Source of the DNA: Tubulanus polymorphus
Taxonomy: Eukaryota; Animalia; Nemertea
NCBI RefSeq assembly: GCF_964204645.1
Contig: NC_134029.1
Span: 3,844,001 to 3,908,000, forward strand
DNA length: 64,000 bases
Direction: 5' to 3'
Shown here: positions 13,501-28,500 of the stretch, one piece after another
Layout: each line of letters starts with the position of its first letter
Numbering within the stretch: position 1 is the stretch's first letter
The notes under the pieces: model-generated
Told to the model about the DNA's origin: nothing
What the model saw: the letters and a program-made list of their open reading frames with translations, nothing else
Database searches by the model: none
Translations under genes and position numbers: made by a program

Positions 13501-16500
13501 GAAAACTTTTTTTTTGTCATAGATCCATCTTTCGTTTCTATATTCGTATATGCTATACAGTAATCCTCGCCTTACTCTGAAATTCAACAAAATCGAACAA
13601 AAACGAAATATTTTTTTGACTTTCCGATTCTTAACTGGGGTCAGTTAGCCGGTCCCAGATATGCGAGGTTTACTCTATGTTCTTTACTTGTACAGTGTAT
13701 ATATTACTGAGGGTATTGTTAATGCAGTGGGTTGATAATTGTTTTGTTACTGCTGAAAAGAGTTTTTGTCAAATGTATATCATATTTTTAGGCCGCACCA
13801 ACTAGGGGGAGATTTGTTGGCGCCATTGTCTAAGATCCTTAATGAATGTAATGATGATACTGGGTCGATTGCTACTGCTGTCGCTTTGGACGCTCTGTGT
13901 GCCTTGATCGAATCGGAGGTGCGTATTTGTGTTTGACACAGTTAAATGCTAACAGGAAATACTAATCAAATTTGCTCTCGTTAATAGTCCGATTAATTGA
14001 TAATGAATCAGATGGTTATTAATTTCCGTTCAGGTGCGTTTGTTGTTTGTAAACACATCTGTCAGACCAGAATAGTTCGTGTGTACATGACTGTTTCATA
14101 GATGGCGCGTGGTGTCACCCACCCATTGTCACCCGCTCGCGACAACGACACAATATTTAACTGGCGTAAATCATTGTCCACTCAGTATTCCCATATGGTC
14201 TAGTGGTTAGGATTCCTGGCTTTCACCCAGGCGGCCCGGGTTCGATTCCCGGTGTGGGAACTATACTTTTGCTTCATGGTATAAATAAAATACGTATCTT
14301 TTGCAGGTTGTTGACTTGAAAACCGCTTGGACGGTTCTCGCTGCTAAATTATCTGAGGATTCCAGGTCAGTCCAATAGGTCGTTTTTCCTCGAGACAATT
14401 TCGAGACATTTTCCCTTCGTGGAATATTTCCAACTTAGTCGATCATACGTGTATTTAACATATTTCATCATTTATTTTCAAGGCCTCTCGTGATCAGCAA
14501 AATATGTAACCTGTTTTCACAAGCAGCCATCGCTGAGGAGGAATCTGAGGAAGTAAGATAATACACCGTGAAATACCCTGAAAAATAATTTACAAATTAA
14601 AAACATTTTCAATATTTCGAATCTTGTTTTGCAGGCTGCAGAGTTTCAGAAGGGTATTGTAAATCAGTTGTGGGTTTTGAGTCGGAGCGAAAATGATTTA
14701 ATTTCTAGAGCTGCTTACCGCGCGTTGTCGAATTTCAAAGCGGAGGCATTTACATTATCACATATGTCATCTGAGGTAAAGCATTTTTGAGAAATTCCCT
14801 AACGTTCGAAATTTGTCGGCTTGATTGCGATTCCTGCGGTTTAATGCGTTTTAATTGATTCTATGGATTAGCTGCAAGAAGAATTCAAACCTCCTTCTCG
14901 AGGTGACGACGATGACAACGAAGCGGAAATGACGCACAACGAAATGCCAGTTCCGGGGGCCTGTTTCGTCAAAATGGTTGATAAAATGAGACCCGATGTC
15001 CGTAAAGGTAAAATAGTGCAATACGCGGCTGTAAAGTGTGCTGTCAAACTCGCCTTAGTCGCCATAGCTCTGGTACGATCATTATGTCGATGGCTTCTAA
15101 TGATGACTTAGTCAAATTTACTTTGACTCAAAGTAATGACGAATTGAATAATGTGATGACTTATATATCTGATGATTTGATAAAAGAGTTCGACCACATT
15201 TGCGTGCGTCATAGATCCTACTTAAAGAAAAATGATTTTTTTTTTCATTGAAGCAAAAGATTGGTATTCGTACGCACTAATCTTTGATCGTAAACGAAAA
15301 TAGCCTCATCCGTAGGATGTAGGAATTAAACTATATACGTCAGCAACTATTATTGTCTGCCGTATAAAACCGCACACGTGTCGACTTAATAAAGATCACC
15401 GTGACTCAAAGATTGATGTATTTTCATCTCGTTAGTCTCTTCTCGCTTCGTGTTGTTTAGTTTGATAAATGTTCGTGACATTGAATCCGTTTTTCGTCAG
15501 ATTATTACGCCGGTTTCGTGTCAAGGTTAGCGGAAGCGGAAGTGTCGAGTTTACCGCGTGGTATACATCATTCATCGGTTCACGGACGCCGTATCGGCTC
15601 AGGCAATGCGGACGCGAAAGCGCTGGCTGAAATACCAGCCACTATTCAACAAACGTACGAACAAAATAAGAACCCAGCTCTACGACCATCACTAGCCGGT
15701 AATGAGCATGTAGTTGCAGTTATTGCGCTCAATTAATCATTCTTGGTGTTGTGCTCCATCTGAAGAAATATGAAAAAATAAATGCATAATATTTCGGTAA
15801 ATGAATATTTATCGTTTCAGCTTCGTTATTGTTTTGTTATGATCCTCCCGTGAAAGTTGGACGCGATGGTCGTCCTCGAAAACACTACATCATTTCTCAC
15901 GGCCACACCTACGAACACATGCTGTCAACTTTAATACAAGAAGTAATTAGGATAACCGTAATAATAATCAGTTCATTTGGCCGTAAGATGGCGAATCCGA
16001 CTCATTCTACACTGACGACAGCATTTGTTGAATATTCGAGTAACTTGAATAATCGTTTCGAATGGATATTTTACTTTCAGGTATCAATACAGCCTTCAGA
16101 ATGGCACCTCAATGCCCTCGTCCCGCAAGCGTGGTCATCGTTCATGGACCGAATGTTTGCGGCCAGATTAGCGGTAAGAGAAAAACCGTGTAAAATAATC
16201 GAACATTCCAGATTGAAGCAATTTAACTAATTATGATAGACAAAGGAAAACGATGAGTTGTTAACCTGGCATCAAGTGAATAAATGTTAAGACAGGTAGT
16301 GCTTTGTAGGTTAACCAGATTTCATTCTATTTTCATTACTCATTTACCTGATGAAGCCGAAGAACATGATATATACACTAGCAGTGAAAGCTCATATTTC
16401 AATTATATTCTGGATAGATTTTCTGTGAAACTTTCAAATATTTGATACGTATGAAATTCGTTCAGAGATATAAATGACAATTTTCCATACATTTCCAAGA

Positions 16501-19500
16501 ATAAACTCAACGTGAAATGTAATTGCAGGCGTATTTGAGCGAATTAGAAACTCAGCTTCAACACGGAGAATACGTCACTGCTGAACATATCGAAAGAAAA
16601 AAAGGCTGCGGTTGGTTATGGTGGGTGATCCATAAACTGTGGTTTCTTCGTTCATATAATAAATGCTTTAAGGGCCTAACTGTAACGCAACATCAAATAC
16701 CGCGTATCTATTGTGCCGCTCTATTGTGTCCCGCTGTAGAGAAGAAATATCAAATGTTTCTTCATCAACGCGTGCTTCCTGTTCTTGACCTGAGTTATCG
16801 AGGCAATATTTACCGCTCACGCTCGCCTTTCGCGGCCTGTGACATTTCGAAAAAAAATGATCCAGACACCCTTCACCTCATATTTCAGGATTCGGGACAA
16901 GACAGCTGATTTACTGAGAAATGCTGCCAAGTACGTAATGATATAGTTATAGTAATAATGGCACGTTAGTTTCCGTCGACAAGTGACACAGTCTGATTCA
17001 TTTGAAGAAAAAACCCGCAATACGAAGTAGTCCTCTTTTTTTAGTTTTATTTCGTATCGTGGGTTTTTTCTCTTCACTGTTATGTTAGTTGATCGAAATT
17101 GAAATGAAAAATTGAAATCATCAGAAAAAGGTTTGTTCGAATAAAATGTTAGTGCCGTGTTTCAGGGGTAACCCGTCTGTTCAGGCGAACTCTCTATTAG
17201 CCCTGGCCGGATTAGCAGTAGCGGTTAACCGGTATGTAACCAATCAAGACCCTGACGTCATTGCGATGGCAGAAGATTCTACAGAACATTTAAAAATCGG
17301 TCACTGGACGTTGACAGTCGTCGAGACCATATTCCGTGTCCTCGATCACACTTATAAACCGAAAACAAATATTTTCCAATGGGGTCAGTCGGTACGTATG
17401 GTTCATATTTTGAGCAAATATTTATAATCTTTTCGCGAGTTTTCGTGCTAAGAAATCATAATTTTCCGCAGCTATCAATTTATTTATCCATTCATTATTC
17501 CATGTTATGTAACATTTTTTTTGGAATTTTGATCCTATTTCCTTGATATTACTCAATGTTGGCAATGTTCCATTCCTCTGTATCAATCATTTACGATGTT
17601 ATTGGACGTGAAGGTCCGTCCGGCTTGTTGACCTTTGGATGGTTATGACGTCACTGAAGCCGCTCGCCTAAAATCTCCTCGTTTTAGATTCATGTACGTT
17701 CAGGGATTAATTTGCGATGAAACAACCAAGACGAATAGTAGTTACAAAATAATTCTTCCAAAAAAAAGAGAAGTCGATTAATCCCGTACTGCGAGAAGCT
17801 TTTAGTTAAAGTTGTTTGTGATTCCAAATTCGATTAAGATCTGCTTCTCAGGAAATTACTTTCTAGTCATATACCAGTTTTTTCGCATAAACCGTATTCG
17901 CCTGTATTATAAGTCGAAGTTATGCCGGTAGTTAGTCATACGCGCATGAAATTACTACCGCTGTAACCTAGTTGCGTGTCATCGTCATATCAAGGTCAAG
18001 GACGATTATCGCAGCGTCACCGATCTATCTTAACGATTGCGATACGAGACAGAATCCAATGTCATCTTTTATTTTCTAGCATCGCTCTGAGATCTGTGTC
18101 ACGCATTTTGACCGAAGCGGCGTTTTATTCACTATATTCGCTTTTCCTGTTGCATGCATAATTAGGTTCACTTGTGCGGATGCCTCAGGAATATCTGATT
18201 CCTATACGAGGTCGGAATACCGTTGATATGATGAACTTGACCACTCCATGTTAGAAGGATTGTAATTTTTGTACGGTATGACGTCAACGCTGGATATCTT
18301 CTTTGCTACATTAAAGCCTTAAAGCTAATTTCTCAAATTCTTTGTATGGCGGACGAAAATCGTGCTGCATGAAAATTTTAAAGATTTATCTAGTTGAGTT
18401 GCCTAAATATCTCAAATTGGAAGACCGACAATTATAGTTCATAGTTAGTTGAAAATGAACTTATTTCGAACGAATTGGCATAAACTATTCCTGATATCTA
18501 ATTAACTTTCTTATTAATGTTGATATTTGCAGAGGATACAAACATATTATACCCAATAGGGTATGCACCGTTTGTTAGATATCAAGTAGCTGGAAGTCGA
18601 AATGCTTCGACTGTTTTTCAACACATAGTCAGATATACAGAAGTTTGTCTTCGCCAACGCCCAAGCGACTTATACATCTTTCACGAATGTATCTCTTCAG
18701 TTTCTTATTCCAACGAGTAACGTGTTCCATCTCTAGGCACCGCGTGGTATGAACGACTGAAGTTTGTCGACGAGTAAAAGATTAATGATTCATCTCTGGG
18801 GATGTTGTTTGGAAATGTTAGCTATATTTAGTGCGTCCGCTGGTGATAAGCACAGTTGATATTTTGTCAATTTTCTTCTCGTTTTTTTTTCGATGATGTT
18901 CGCGTTTTGCTGCAGCCGCTGTAGCTCGGTTGTGCGTCATGAAGATTTATGCCTCGGAATTTGATAATTAAAATTGTCAAACAAGTCAGGCCCTATAAAA
19001 TGGATCCTTCTACTCGAAAGACACGTCGGGGAGCTTGAATATCTGGTCGCGGTTGGACCATTAGGTCAGGTGTCGATGCTGACAAGTATTACAGGCGTTC
19101 AGAAGGATGTCATTTTCATTCTCCATCTCTTCGAGTTTACGGTTGAAAATTGGCGTTTTGCGACGCTTTTGTCGTGTGGATCGCTTCCAAACGACTAGTT
19201 TACACTCAGTTGATCGTTATTTATTCGTTCCCGTAGGTCTTTCCGCCAAATTCCGAATCCATTCCGAGCCAAGAAACGTTCTAAGTAATAAATTAATGCG
19301 GCCAATTAGCGACAATAAACGTAGGTTAGGAACAGGTCACGAATAACGGTAGCGTTTGAGACATCGTCGTTGATTGGCTATTCAGTATGACTCGTAAGTT
19401 TCGAAATTCAAAACCGACTGTTTTCGGTTGTTTTGGTGGTTGTAGATTGTATTCAACCCGAAAAGTTTTCTTGAGTTTATTCAATAAACGTCTAGCTAAA

Positions 19501-22500
19501 GGAAACTTTTTGGCCTTTATTCTTCATTCTTAGTACAGGATTTTTATTACATCATGATAACATAGCTTCAATTCATAAACTAAGGACATGTATTGTGACA
19601 CACATCGTGTGCGCGGGAGTGCCGCGGAATTCCTCGGTGGGACTAATAAACAACTCATTGTTTCGAGTACTGATTTAGTACTTCATGCTGTCGCCATAAA
19701 CATACACGTTAACAAAAAATAATTACACGACCGCCACGTTGGAGGTACCTATTGGTATGCCACAATTATTCCGAGGATCACATACCTCTTTCCATCGTAA
19801 CCGTCGATAAAAGCCACTTCCCGACGTGTTGTTATAGAAGGAACACGACGACTCGTTGATGAGCGTGGCAACTGTATTATTTACAGGGAGATTTTCTGGG
19901 AATTTTGCGACGGGTCCTTCGTTTCAGGGTCGTATTTAAAACCGATGTCGAGAGAGTACGTCAGCACCGGTGAGATATAGTCTGTTACGTATTACGTAGA
20001 TCTCAAATCATGTCAACCATGAGAAGATAGTTCTAAGATTATCCCTGCTGAGACCCAATTATTAATGCGAAATCTGTAGCTGACAGTTACTCTTTAGGAA
20101 ATCATGACACAAAAGCCCTGCCTGTGATAAACTATTCAGTGAGGTAAAATGTTACTTTCGACGTTACCACCCGAGGTATTAATCGTGCTTAATGGGTGCG
20201 GTTAATTAAACTGACTGAGTTTAAGCCGTTTAATCTGTATTATCTGTAACCACTCGTGGGCGTTAATGAGGATCAAAATATACCTTTTTCTGTATATACT
20301 AACTAAAAAAAACGATATTGCCGCACAGCAAAGTCTTGAATCCACTCTACAGGTCTGGTACAATATTCGGTTAGAAAACGAGCTTGTGATATGAGTCGCA
20401 TCCTAATGATAGCCCTCTCCATAACACTGGCTAACTCTTCGGTACTCAATCAGGTGTAAGAAAGTCATTGCGCCCCATGAAGTTATAGCCAGCATTTTCT
20501 TTGGTGGCTTCTTTTTCTAAGGTGCCACCTACCCTACTGCACCTTGGAATGTGGATTTGTAGAGTTGTGGCGGCAGACATGGCCAAACCAAGTGAGTTTA
20601 CGGCGCTCATGACTGTTGCCAGGGAGGTAACTTTCTCCTGCAACTTTTTCCTGCCAAAGCAATATTTTTTCCGTTTTGCTTACAAAATATCGATACATAG
20701 AATAATTGCGTATAACTTACACATACGAATAGAATCGTGACGTTGTATTACAGTAAACGGTGTCAGAAGCCAGTTCCCATATCGAGGAAGCCGCTCGATC
20801 TAATCCTCGCTGAATAGACATAGAACTGGTTCAGCAGCGAATAATCGCCGGTGCGTGTAATGGCTAAGTGACACGTTTTAAGTGGCTTTTCGATGCAGAA
20901 ACTTGTCGATGAATCGGCACGTCTTACCATTTAATGCAATCAGAACCATCGTCGCTTTAGGGTAATTAGTCTTATATTGGAACGCCGCAAGAAGACATCC
21001 TCTAAATGGGAGGTATTCTGTTTTAAAACCGATGCTCGTCTGATGCTCTGTGTGTATCACCTGTTTCTATGGTAAATCGGTCGGAAGTCTTTTGCGCAGT
21101 TTGTCAAAGTCTTGAAAATCGTATGAACCGGATTGCTATCGCTGTGCGTTCATTATAGCTCCAAGCGATAGATTCCCTAATTTGCGAGCGTCAATGATTC
21201 TGAGTTGGACTGTTTCGATTATTCGGTATCAATCTAATTTAACGGTTATTACGTTTCGTTCTTCTTGGGATGAGAATGAAGTTAAAGTTATATTAGGTTT
21301 TGAAGTGTATGTAAATAGGGAATGTTCAGCATTTAAAGGTGGTATCAGTTCCACGCATCGCGATGTTGTACCAGTTCTGTTATATCAAAATGCCACACGT
21401 AAAGCCTCTACCGAAATTTATCGGTACGGATGTTCAGCCGTCTGGTGGGAAGGAACTCGGGAGTTCGGCAGACATCTGAAATGAATGTCGCATTACGGAG
21501 CGAAACGCCGTGAGAATTCATGTGACAGTTCTGATGAAATCTCGTCGCTGCGACGACAACCGACGCATACGCAATGCGACGTCGCTTAATCGTGAAAACT
21601 TAAAAAACATTTTTTCGCCGCTTTCAAAATACCAAAACCGATCATCGAAAAGCTATGCCACATTTCCAGGCGATAATCCGTCTTTCAATATCCGTTATCG
21701 CATTAAATATTCACTCGCTAGTGCATCTAAAAACCCTCATTCGCGCTGGAGTGGTAATTAATGCATTTTAAGAGACACGTATTTCGTGATTCGATCGAGT
21801 ACTAACTGCTCTTCTCGTGATAGCTAAATGGCATGTTCAGAATAATACCGTTCATGTCAGTTTTATGCACTGATTTGAATCGTTTAGAAACATAACACTA
21901 AGTTATACGAAAGACGCACTGCCAGATATTGCGATATTAATCGTGTAATGTTACTCTTGCTTGCGAAAGAAGTTAACCTGAAATCATTTGCTTTTGAATT
22001 ATCTATGTCTTGATTTGTGCAGTTATAGCGCGAAAAAGCCGAGGTATTCCCATTTCGTTTACTTGACGCGAACGTCAGTATTTCATCTCAAATTGGCGCC
22101 AAGTTTCAGGGGTTTGTTGGTGCATTAACGGAACTCGCGTCGGAAGTTTGGCGTCTTTAACCAGCTACGACTGTACGACTGACACATTCCTGACTTTCTC
22201 TTCCATTAATCAACTATCATTATATTATATTACATCCTTATTCATTGAGCGTGTCTTTGAAACGTGCGTGTTTATGTCACGATAGTAGCAGAATAGCGTG
22301 TACCGTTTAGATTTATGTGACGATGCCATTAACCGATAAAAGTGCAATTGATCCTTTTAGATCCGTGTATTATTTATTAAGTTCAGGTTGCCTTAACATT
22401 CGAACCTAACGAAAATTTGAGACCATTTATTCTCATTGCACGCTTTAGGTTGTTTGATTTACTTGCTATTTAGTTGCAAAACTGCGTCTATGAAACCTTT

Positions 22501-25500
22501 GTTTTTAGTTCTGGATTCAATTCGTAAAAACATTCAATGAATCTAATATTTACACTGTTTTCCCAATGTTTCTATTTCGTGTCCGGGATGTTTGAAAGCA
22601 ACGGCCGGATTTTCTATTGTTTGCACTCTATAAGTTCAAACAGGTCGACGTACGCTGACCAAAATGAACGGAAAACCGCGTAATCTATAAACGTCACTCG
22701 GTCACTGGTATCTCATCTGTTTAATGGATCAGGATTATCTGGTGACAGTTATATCAGAGATTGAGTACTATGGTGATGTGGCGCGGTGTTGCAGCCTCTG
22801 CATTTATTTAAACGCCTCTTCTGATTTAAATCGCCGACTGAAATTCAATTTATATGCGGTTAATCGTTAGTGGTGGTTTAGCTAATGGCGACGAACGACC
22901 TTCACTGCGCGGTACACCTAACCTAACTCGTGACGTTTTCTCCCCCCCCCCCCCGCGGTTGGGAACGATGTCTCGAATATCGACGAGCTAAAACATTTTT
23001 TCCACCTTGACGCTAATAGCGTTGTAAATTTTTTAAGTAGTGACGATATTTTATATCCTTTCGCGGAAACGGAAGTCACCGCGATTCACACGGCATCGGT
23101 CGAATCAGTATTCGCGATTAAAGTGGCTTCACGATTCATATCTCTCAATTACCCATCCCATTATAGTTCGCCCGATACGCACCAAATCCTGTGAAGTTTT
23201 TTTTGGTAAAAACTTCCTATCCGTACCGTACTCTCTTAACTTATTCGATATTGAGATTTATTTCTGGTCTCCGAAAGAAATTTCTAATGAATGAAGCGCG
23301 GTGCGGTGTGAATAGCTGGTGGTAAGAGGTATCATCTGACACATTATAGATCATATTGATAGGATCGCATATCGGTCGTTACGGCTGTATCCTGCGGGAC
23401 CGGTATAGTGTATACCTGTACGCTATAACCCCCGATAAATCAGCCGACCAGGCGGCAAGTTACAGATCATCATCATCAGGGCTCCACCTCCTTCACGAAT
23501 TCGAATTCAAATCGTTCTGGTGGCGACGACAGTTGCGTTAGACGGAAGTCGTTATTTAAACGTTCTGCGTCGATTCGGTGAATCTAATGTAATCTAATCT
23601 AATGCCATCCGAACAAGTTTAGACGGTTGTTACGGGTTCGTTTAACTCGAAATTAGTAAAATTAAACTAGTTTTTAATTCACAACTGACGAATCGGACCG
23701 GATGTTTTCTTTTGCGCCCGAGTAATATATAACACCGCCTCGTCGCATCTCTTTCCAGCATCTCTGGATTAAATTCGGCTTCTCTTCGGGCAATATATAT
23801 ATCTCATGATATATGAGGCTAAATAAAGATCTCTTTTTTGTTTGCTGTCGATGAAGAAACCCCTCCAATCCTGGCTAACGTGCCTAGACGTTATCATACG
23901 ACACTTGCTGCCAAATTAATCAATGGTGACATTTCATGAAAATAGACGCATCTAGAAATACGACTTACGAATCAAAGTGTTATTCAAGTCGGATGCACTG
24001 GGGATAATTAACTAATCGATTTGACAGCCTTGACATACTTACTTTATCCTGTAAATCGTATATGGCTTCCGTTTTCGAAATTGATAGAAGAATCTCACGT
24101 ATTTCGCCCACACACCAAAACTCAAACTGACTTGCCGAATATATATGTGAAAAAATAAATCGATTGTAATTGTATCGTTAACAGAATATCGAACTATTTA
24201 ATAATATAACATACGAATTAATACTTCATAATTGACGGTTATTTTGTATATGTACAGCAGTAGAACTGATATAATGCGTAACGACAATATTGTTAGTTCA
24301 CAGCCGTTATCGGTTGATGACGTCATGAGATTGTCCGACTTATGAACGAAAAAACACCGCGTTTTTGTGGTGATTTACATATTAAAATTTACAGTTTACA
24401 GCAACCGCACGAAGGGACTATAGAATCAGATAACAGCAGATATATTTATACATAATATATATAACGCTTTCGATATTATGATACACTTTCACTCCAAACG
24501 ATATTCATATTCTATGGATAGCGCATGCTTTGGATATGTACATATTGAGGATTATTGTACATTACAATTTAGCCCGGAGTTCTTATACCAGGCTTTAAGT
24601 TATGCCATATACCTAGTGTAGCCGATAACATGAATGCAAGTAACCCTTTAAAAACCTACGGACTTACGGTCCTAGTTTTCCTTGTCTGAACTTAAAAAAG
24701 GCAACATTTTTTTCTTGTTAATGTACAGCAGCCTAGTCATTGCTGAAGCGGACGGGCTATGACGTTGAAATTGTTAGCCTGGTACCGGGTGGTGGCCGTG
24801 CCCGATTCGTATTTCGATTCGCATCGGAATGTTCTTTGCAACGTGCGCAAAAACCGCTTATCGCATGTGATATAAATGAAGAAATTCGCCGCGAACGACG
24901 AAATCTCGAGCACGTTGGCGAGCAGTTTAAAATGGCTGAATATCTTCGATTTCGGGTCGCCGAACATGTGTTCAGCGATACCGCGGAATGCGAATATGAT
25001 GGGAATGTTGCCGATAAGGAATACGAAGACTGTGCCGATAAGCGTCCACGTGAGCTTGTTCTGTTGCTTGGTACGGCGTTGCTCGGTCGGGCTCGGTTGT
25101 TGGTTGATGATTGGCAGTTTAATCGTGCATTGCGTCCACATGGCGTTTATCAGCAGCGAATTCAACACGGACAACGAGAACACCGGTATAATTTTCACCA
25201 GCAGCGCTTTGACCCACGAAAAAATCTCGAAATAAATACTGTCGCCATACGAGGAAAGCTTCTTCACGTTACACAAAGCGATCGTGTATTTGAAAAAGTA
25301 CGGCACGTTGAAACCCGTGGCTAATATACAACAAGCCGACAACAGTTTGGGAAAATGAAACGAATAGGATTTGTATTTGATCGGATGACAGACGAACAAA
25401 AATCGATCGACCGTCATGGCGACGGTTATCCATACGCTGGCAGTCGACGAAATGTTCGATATGGGCAAGTATATGTATATCTCGTAGAATCGTCTGGCGT

Positions 25501-28500
25501 ATCCGACGTCATCGTACACGTGACAAAAGCGACACCTGGAGAACCCGATCGGAATCACGAATATCATGGTGATCAAATCGACGACGGCTAGGGCTGTGAG
25601 GTACTTGTAAGACAAAGCGTGACTCGGCAAACGATTCAACACGACCAGATTTAATATATTACAAACAATCCCGATAATACAAATAGCCGGAATGATGAAC
25701 ACGTATCCGATGTGCTCCATTTCCGTGACCTGACTGACGCACAGGTCAATGTCAGGGTTCGAACCCTCGCCCGCACGGTAACTGGAATTGTTGGTTTGTT
25801 GCATGCTGTTGTTGGCAACCAAGCAAACTTACTGTCAAACTTTCATCCTGAAATGTAAAAATAAAAGACTTATATGATATACGTAAGCCCCTAGAGAAAT
25901 TATAACTTTAGTGTCTTTCAAACTGAAAGGTCACATATCGCGCGAGAATTAGGTGTATTTGGATTGGAATCAGGTTTTACTCGGCGGGCGATATAAGTGG
26001 ATGTTTAGACGTCGTTATCATACGTTTGGACCGAAATTTCGCTAATTGACTCGTTGCCATTCCCCACCACGCAGTACTTCAACGTTTACATATATATTTC
26101 GAATACTCGTTGGCGATTCTCTGAATGATCCCTGTAGTTGTTCTCATTTCCACAGGGCGTTTATCAGATAGTAATCTGAGGATGCGCCGACAATTTCACT
26201 ACGCATCGTGTCGTTTTACACGTGAACATGATAAACACCCCGCCCTAAATTACGCTTACGTGTTCTTCGGTTTCTTTGTATGGAAGACAAGTTTCTGAGT
26301 CTCGAAATTAAAGAGAACTGAGCTATAATGAAGCTGTTCCAACTATGCACGAATTCTTTGAGAGTTCTTTGCAAACAAAGAAAGAAAACATTGCAAATCT
26401 AGAGACTGTACGAACGTCATTCGTGTATTGACCGCGGTGTTGACACTAATTGAATCGGAAACTATAAACCGGATAGGGCAACGCTAAAAACAATATAGAC
26501 ATATTGTTCCTAAGGGGCTCAGATACGTTCGAAAGATAATCATACAAGTCTCTTGATCGGCCACGCGATTTCGATTAGTTTTCCTCTTTTCTTCTGTTTA
26601 TTCGTTCCCGGCGTGTACGTTGGGTCATAAATGTTGCTCATTAATACGAAGTCACTTGACGTGTTTCTGTGAGCTAATTACCTTGTAATTAAGGGGAGCC
26701 TTGTTCACGTGTTCCCGGCATTGGACATCACATTACTTCCTTTAGCCACGAAAAATTCAGGACCCAAATCCAAATTACGTGGTCTTTCGTATAATGGAAG
26801 TTGTATGATAGAATATAATGAAGAAAATTGTCAGTGTCGCGACGCTAAGATGTCATGTGTTGTGTCATCACCACTGGGAAAGACACAGCTTCTATACTAG
26901 TAGGATTGCTCAACACTTGAACGCATTTTACCGCGCATGTATCCGATATTATCTCATTATCTCTTGACGACATCGGAGGCTTGGAAGAAAAATTCAAAGG
27001 GGAATTTATAACTCTATATACTTCAGCTTATAATTGATGCATAATCGTTCTTTTACTTGACGCGTTTAGCGTGTAAAATATGTGTTATATTTATGATCGT
27101 TGAAATCCCTCGCGCCACTGCAACCGAGTTATCCGTCATAAATATAATATACTGGGTATATTGGACGTGAAGATAAGCTTTTGATAAATCGCCGACGCCT
27201 CGCTGTTTTTAAGAGTTACCATATTTTGACAGTACGATTACTCTATTCGCCCGCAAGTGTTTCGCAAACAGCGTCGTCCTGCACAGTTCTAACCGCGCGT
27301 ACTGGTCGGGATCTGGCTACGGTTGCTGACAAAGAAAAGCTTGTTAAAGGTCGTGGTAAACGAAACTTTCGCGGAAAACCTCTCGTTACAATTCGACCTT
27401 CGGTATATCTATCAATACGTCTTTCACCTGAACAGGTTTCTAACAAAAGCTTTTTTTACGATCCGAAACGTAGCAATTTCTACCGTTACAGAAATGTATG
27501 TGTTTTTAGGGGAATCGAACGAGCCGTTGAAACGAAGATTTTTACTACGGTTTTCGTTCACCTTTTCGATGTCGGCTATCAATTAACTATCTAACGATGT
27601 AGTGCCTTTATCATCACGCTCTGATTCGTCAATTTGATTGCTGTTTTGATTTCTCACCGTTTCCGCTGTCGAAATTGAATCCTTTCGGTACATTTGATAC
27701 TGTAATTCTCACGCTACGAAGCCTACGATAGACCTTGACTGTTACCTAGTTTATTAGATGAATTATAATGACGAAGTTTAGTCGACTCATTAAGACTGAT
27801 TCAGTAAGTACATGTATATGGCCTAGATAGGTTTTTAGACGTCATAAATGTCAACCGAGGGCGGAAATCTGCCTTGCATTGGCCGTTATATATGAGAAAG
27901 AGAATTTAATCACGTTAAATGCACATACCCCAGGCATTAGTCCTTGGTGCTATTTATAAATGTACCATTTGACAAGTTGTCATATATATTCATATCACCA
28001 TCGTTTCTACGTTATGTACAACTATTATATTATTATGAAAATGTAATGTTATTGCTAAAAAGCTCGCCCAATTCTCTTGAGGTCATTGATCTATTATTTC
28101 TCTTATATCGATGTTGCTCGCGTGTCCGATCCAAATATATCGTATACCAATTTACTGTGTCTTTTTAGATACGCTCAAGTCAATATAGAAATAATCCCCG
28201 ACACAACGATAATGACTTTGTATCTACAAATGTAATTTGTTGCCTGGAATACTAATGACGGGTGATGCATCTAGATTCATGTGCGACTGTTGTGGGATAA
28301 ATGGTTTGCCTTGACCTAAATGAACTAAATCCTTACCTTGATAGACACCGCGGTATTATATCAAATACGGAAAGTAACAGTTAATTAACCATCTGGATTC
28401 TGTCGTAGTCACATACGTAATCTCCCGTACCTCACGGGTGTAAAAGATCAAAGTCACACCGGCGAAAAAAAACCCGGCTATTAGCAAATACTGTGGTGAA

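Noticed and set aside
15100-15172. C/D-box snoRNA candidate (ATGATGA...CTGA) in a FOCAD intron
   Set aside because: No terminal stem and no recognisable rRNA-complementary guide; it looks like a local TGATGACTTA duplication.
16348-16389. Hammerhead-like CTGATGA...GAAA
   Set aside because: Stem II does not pair beyond one base and stems I and III are not evident; at most a decayed Penelope-like remnant.
24740-25591. + strand ORFs of 194, 119 and 78 aa
   Set aside because: Antisense shadows of the GPCR coding exon with no recognisable motifs.
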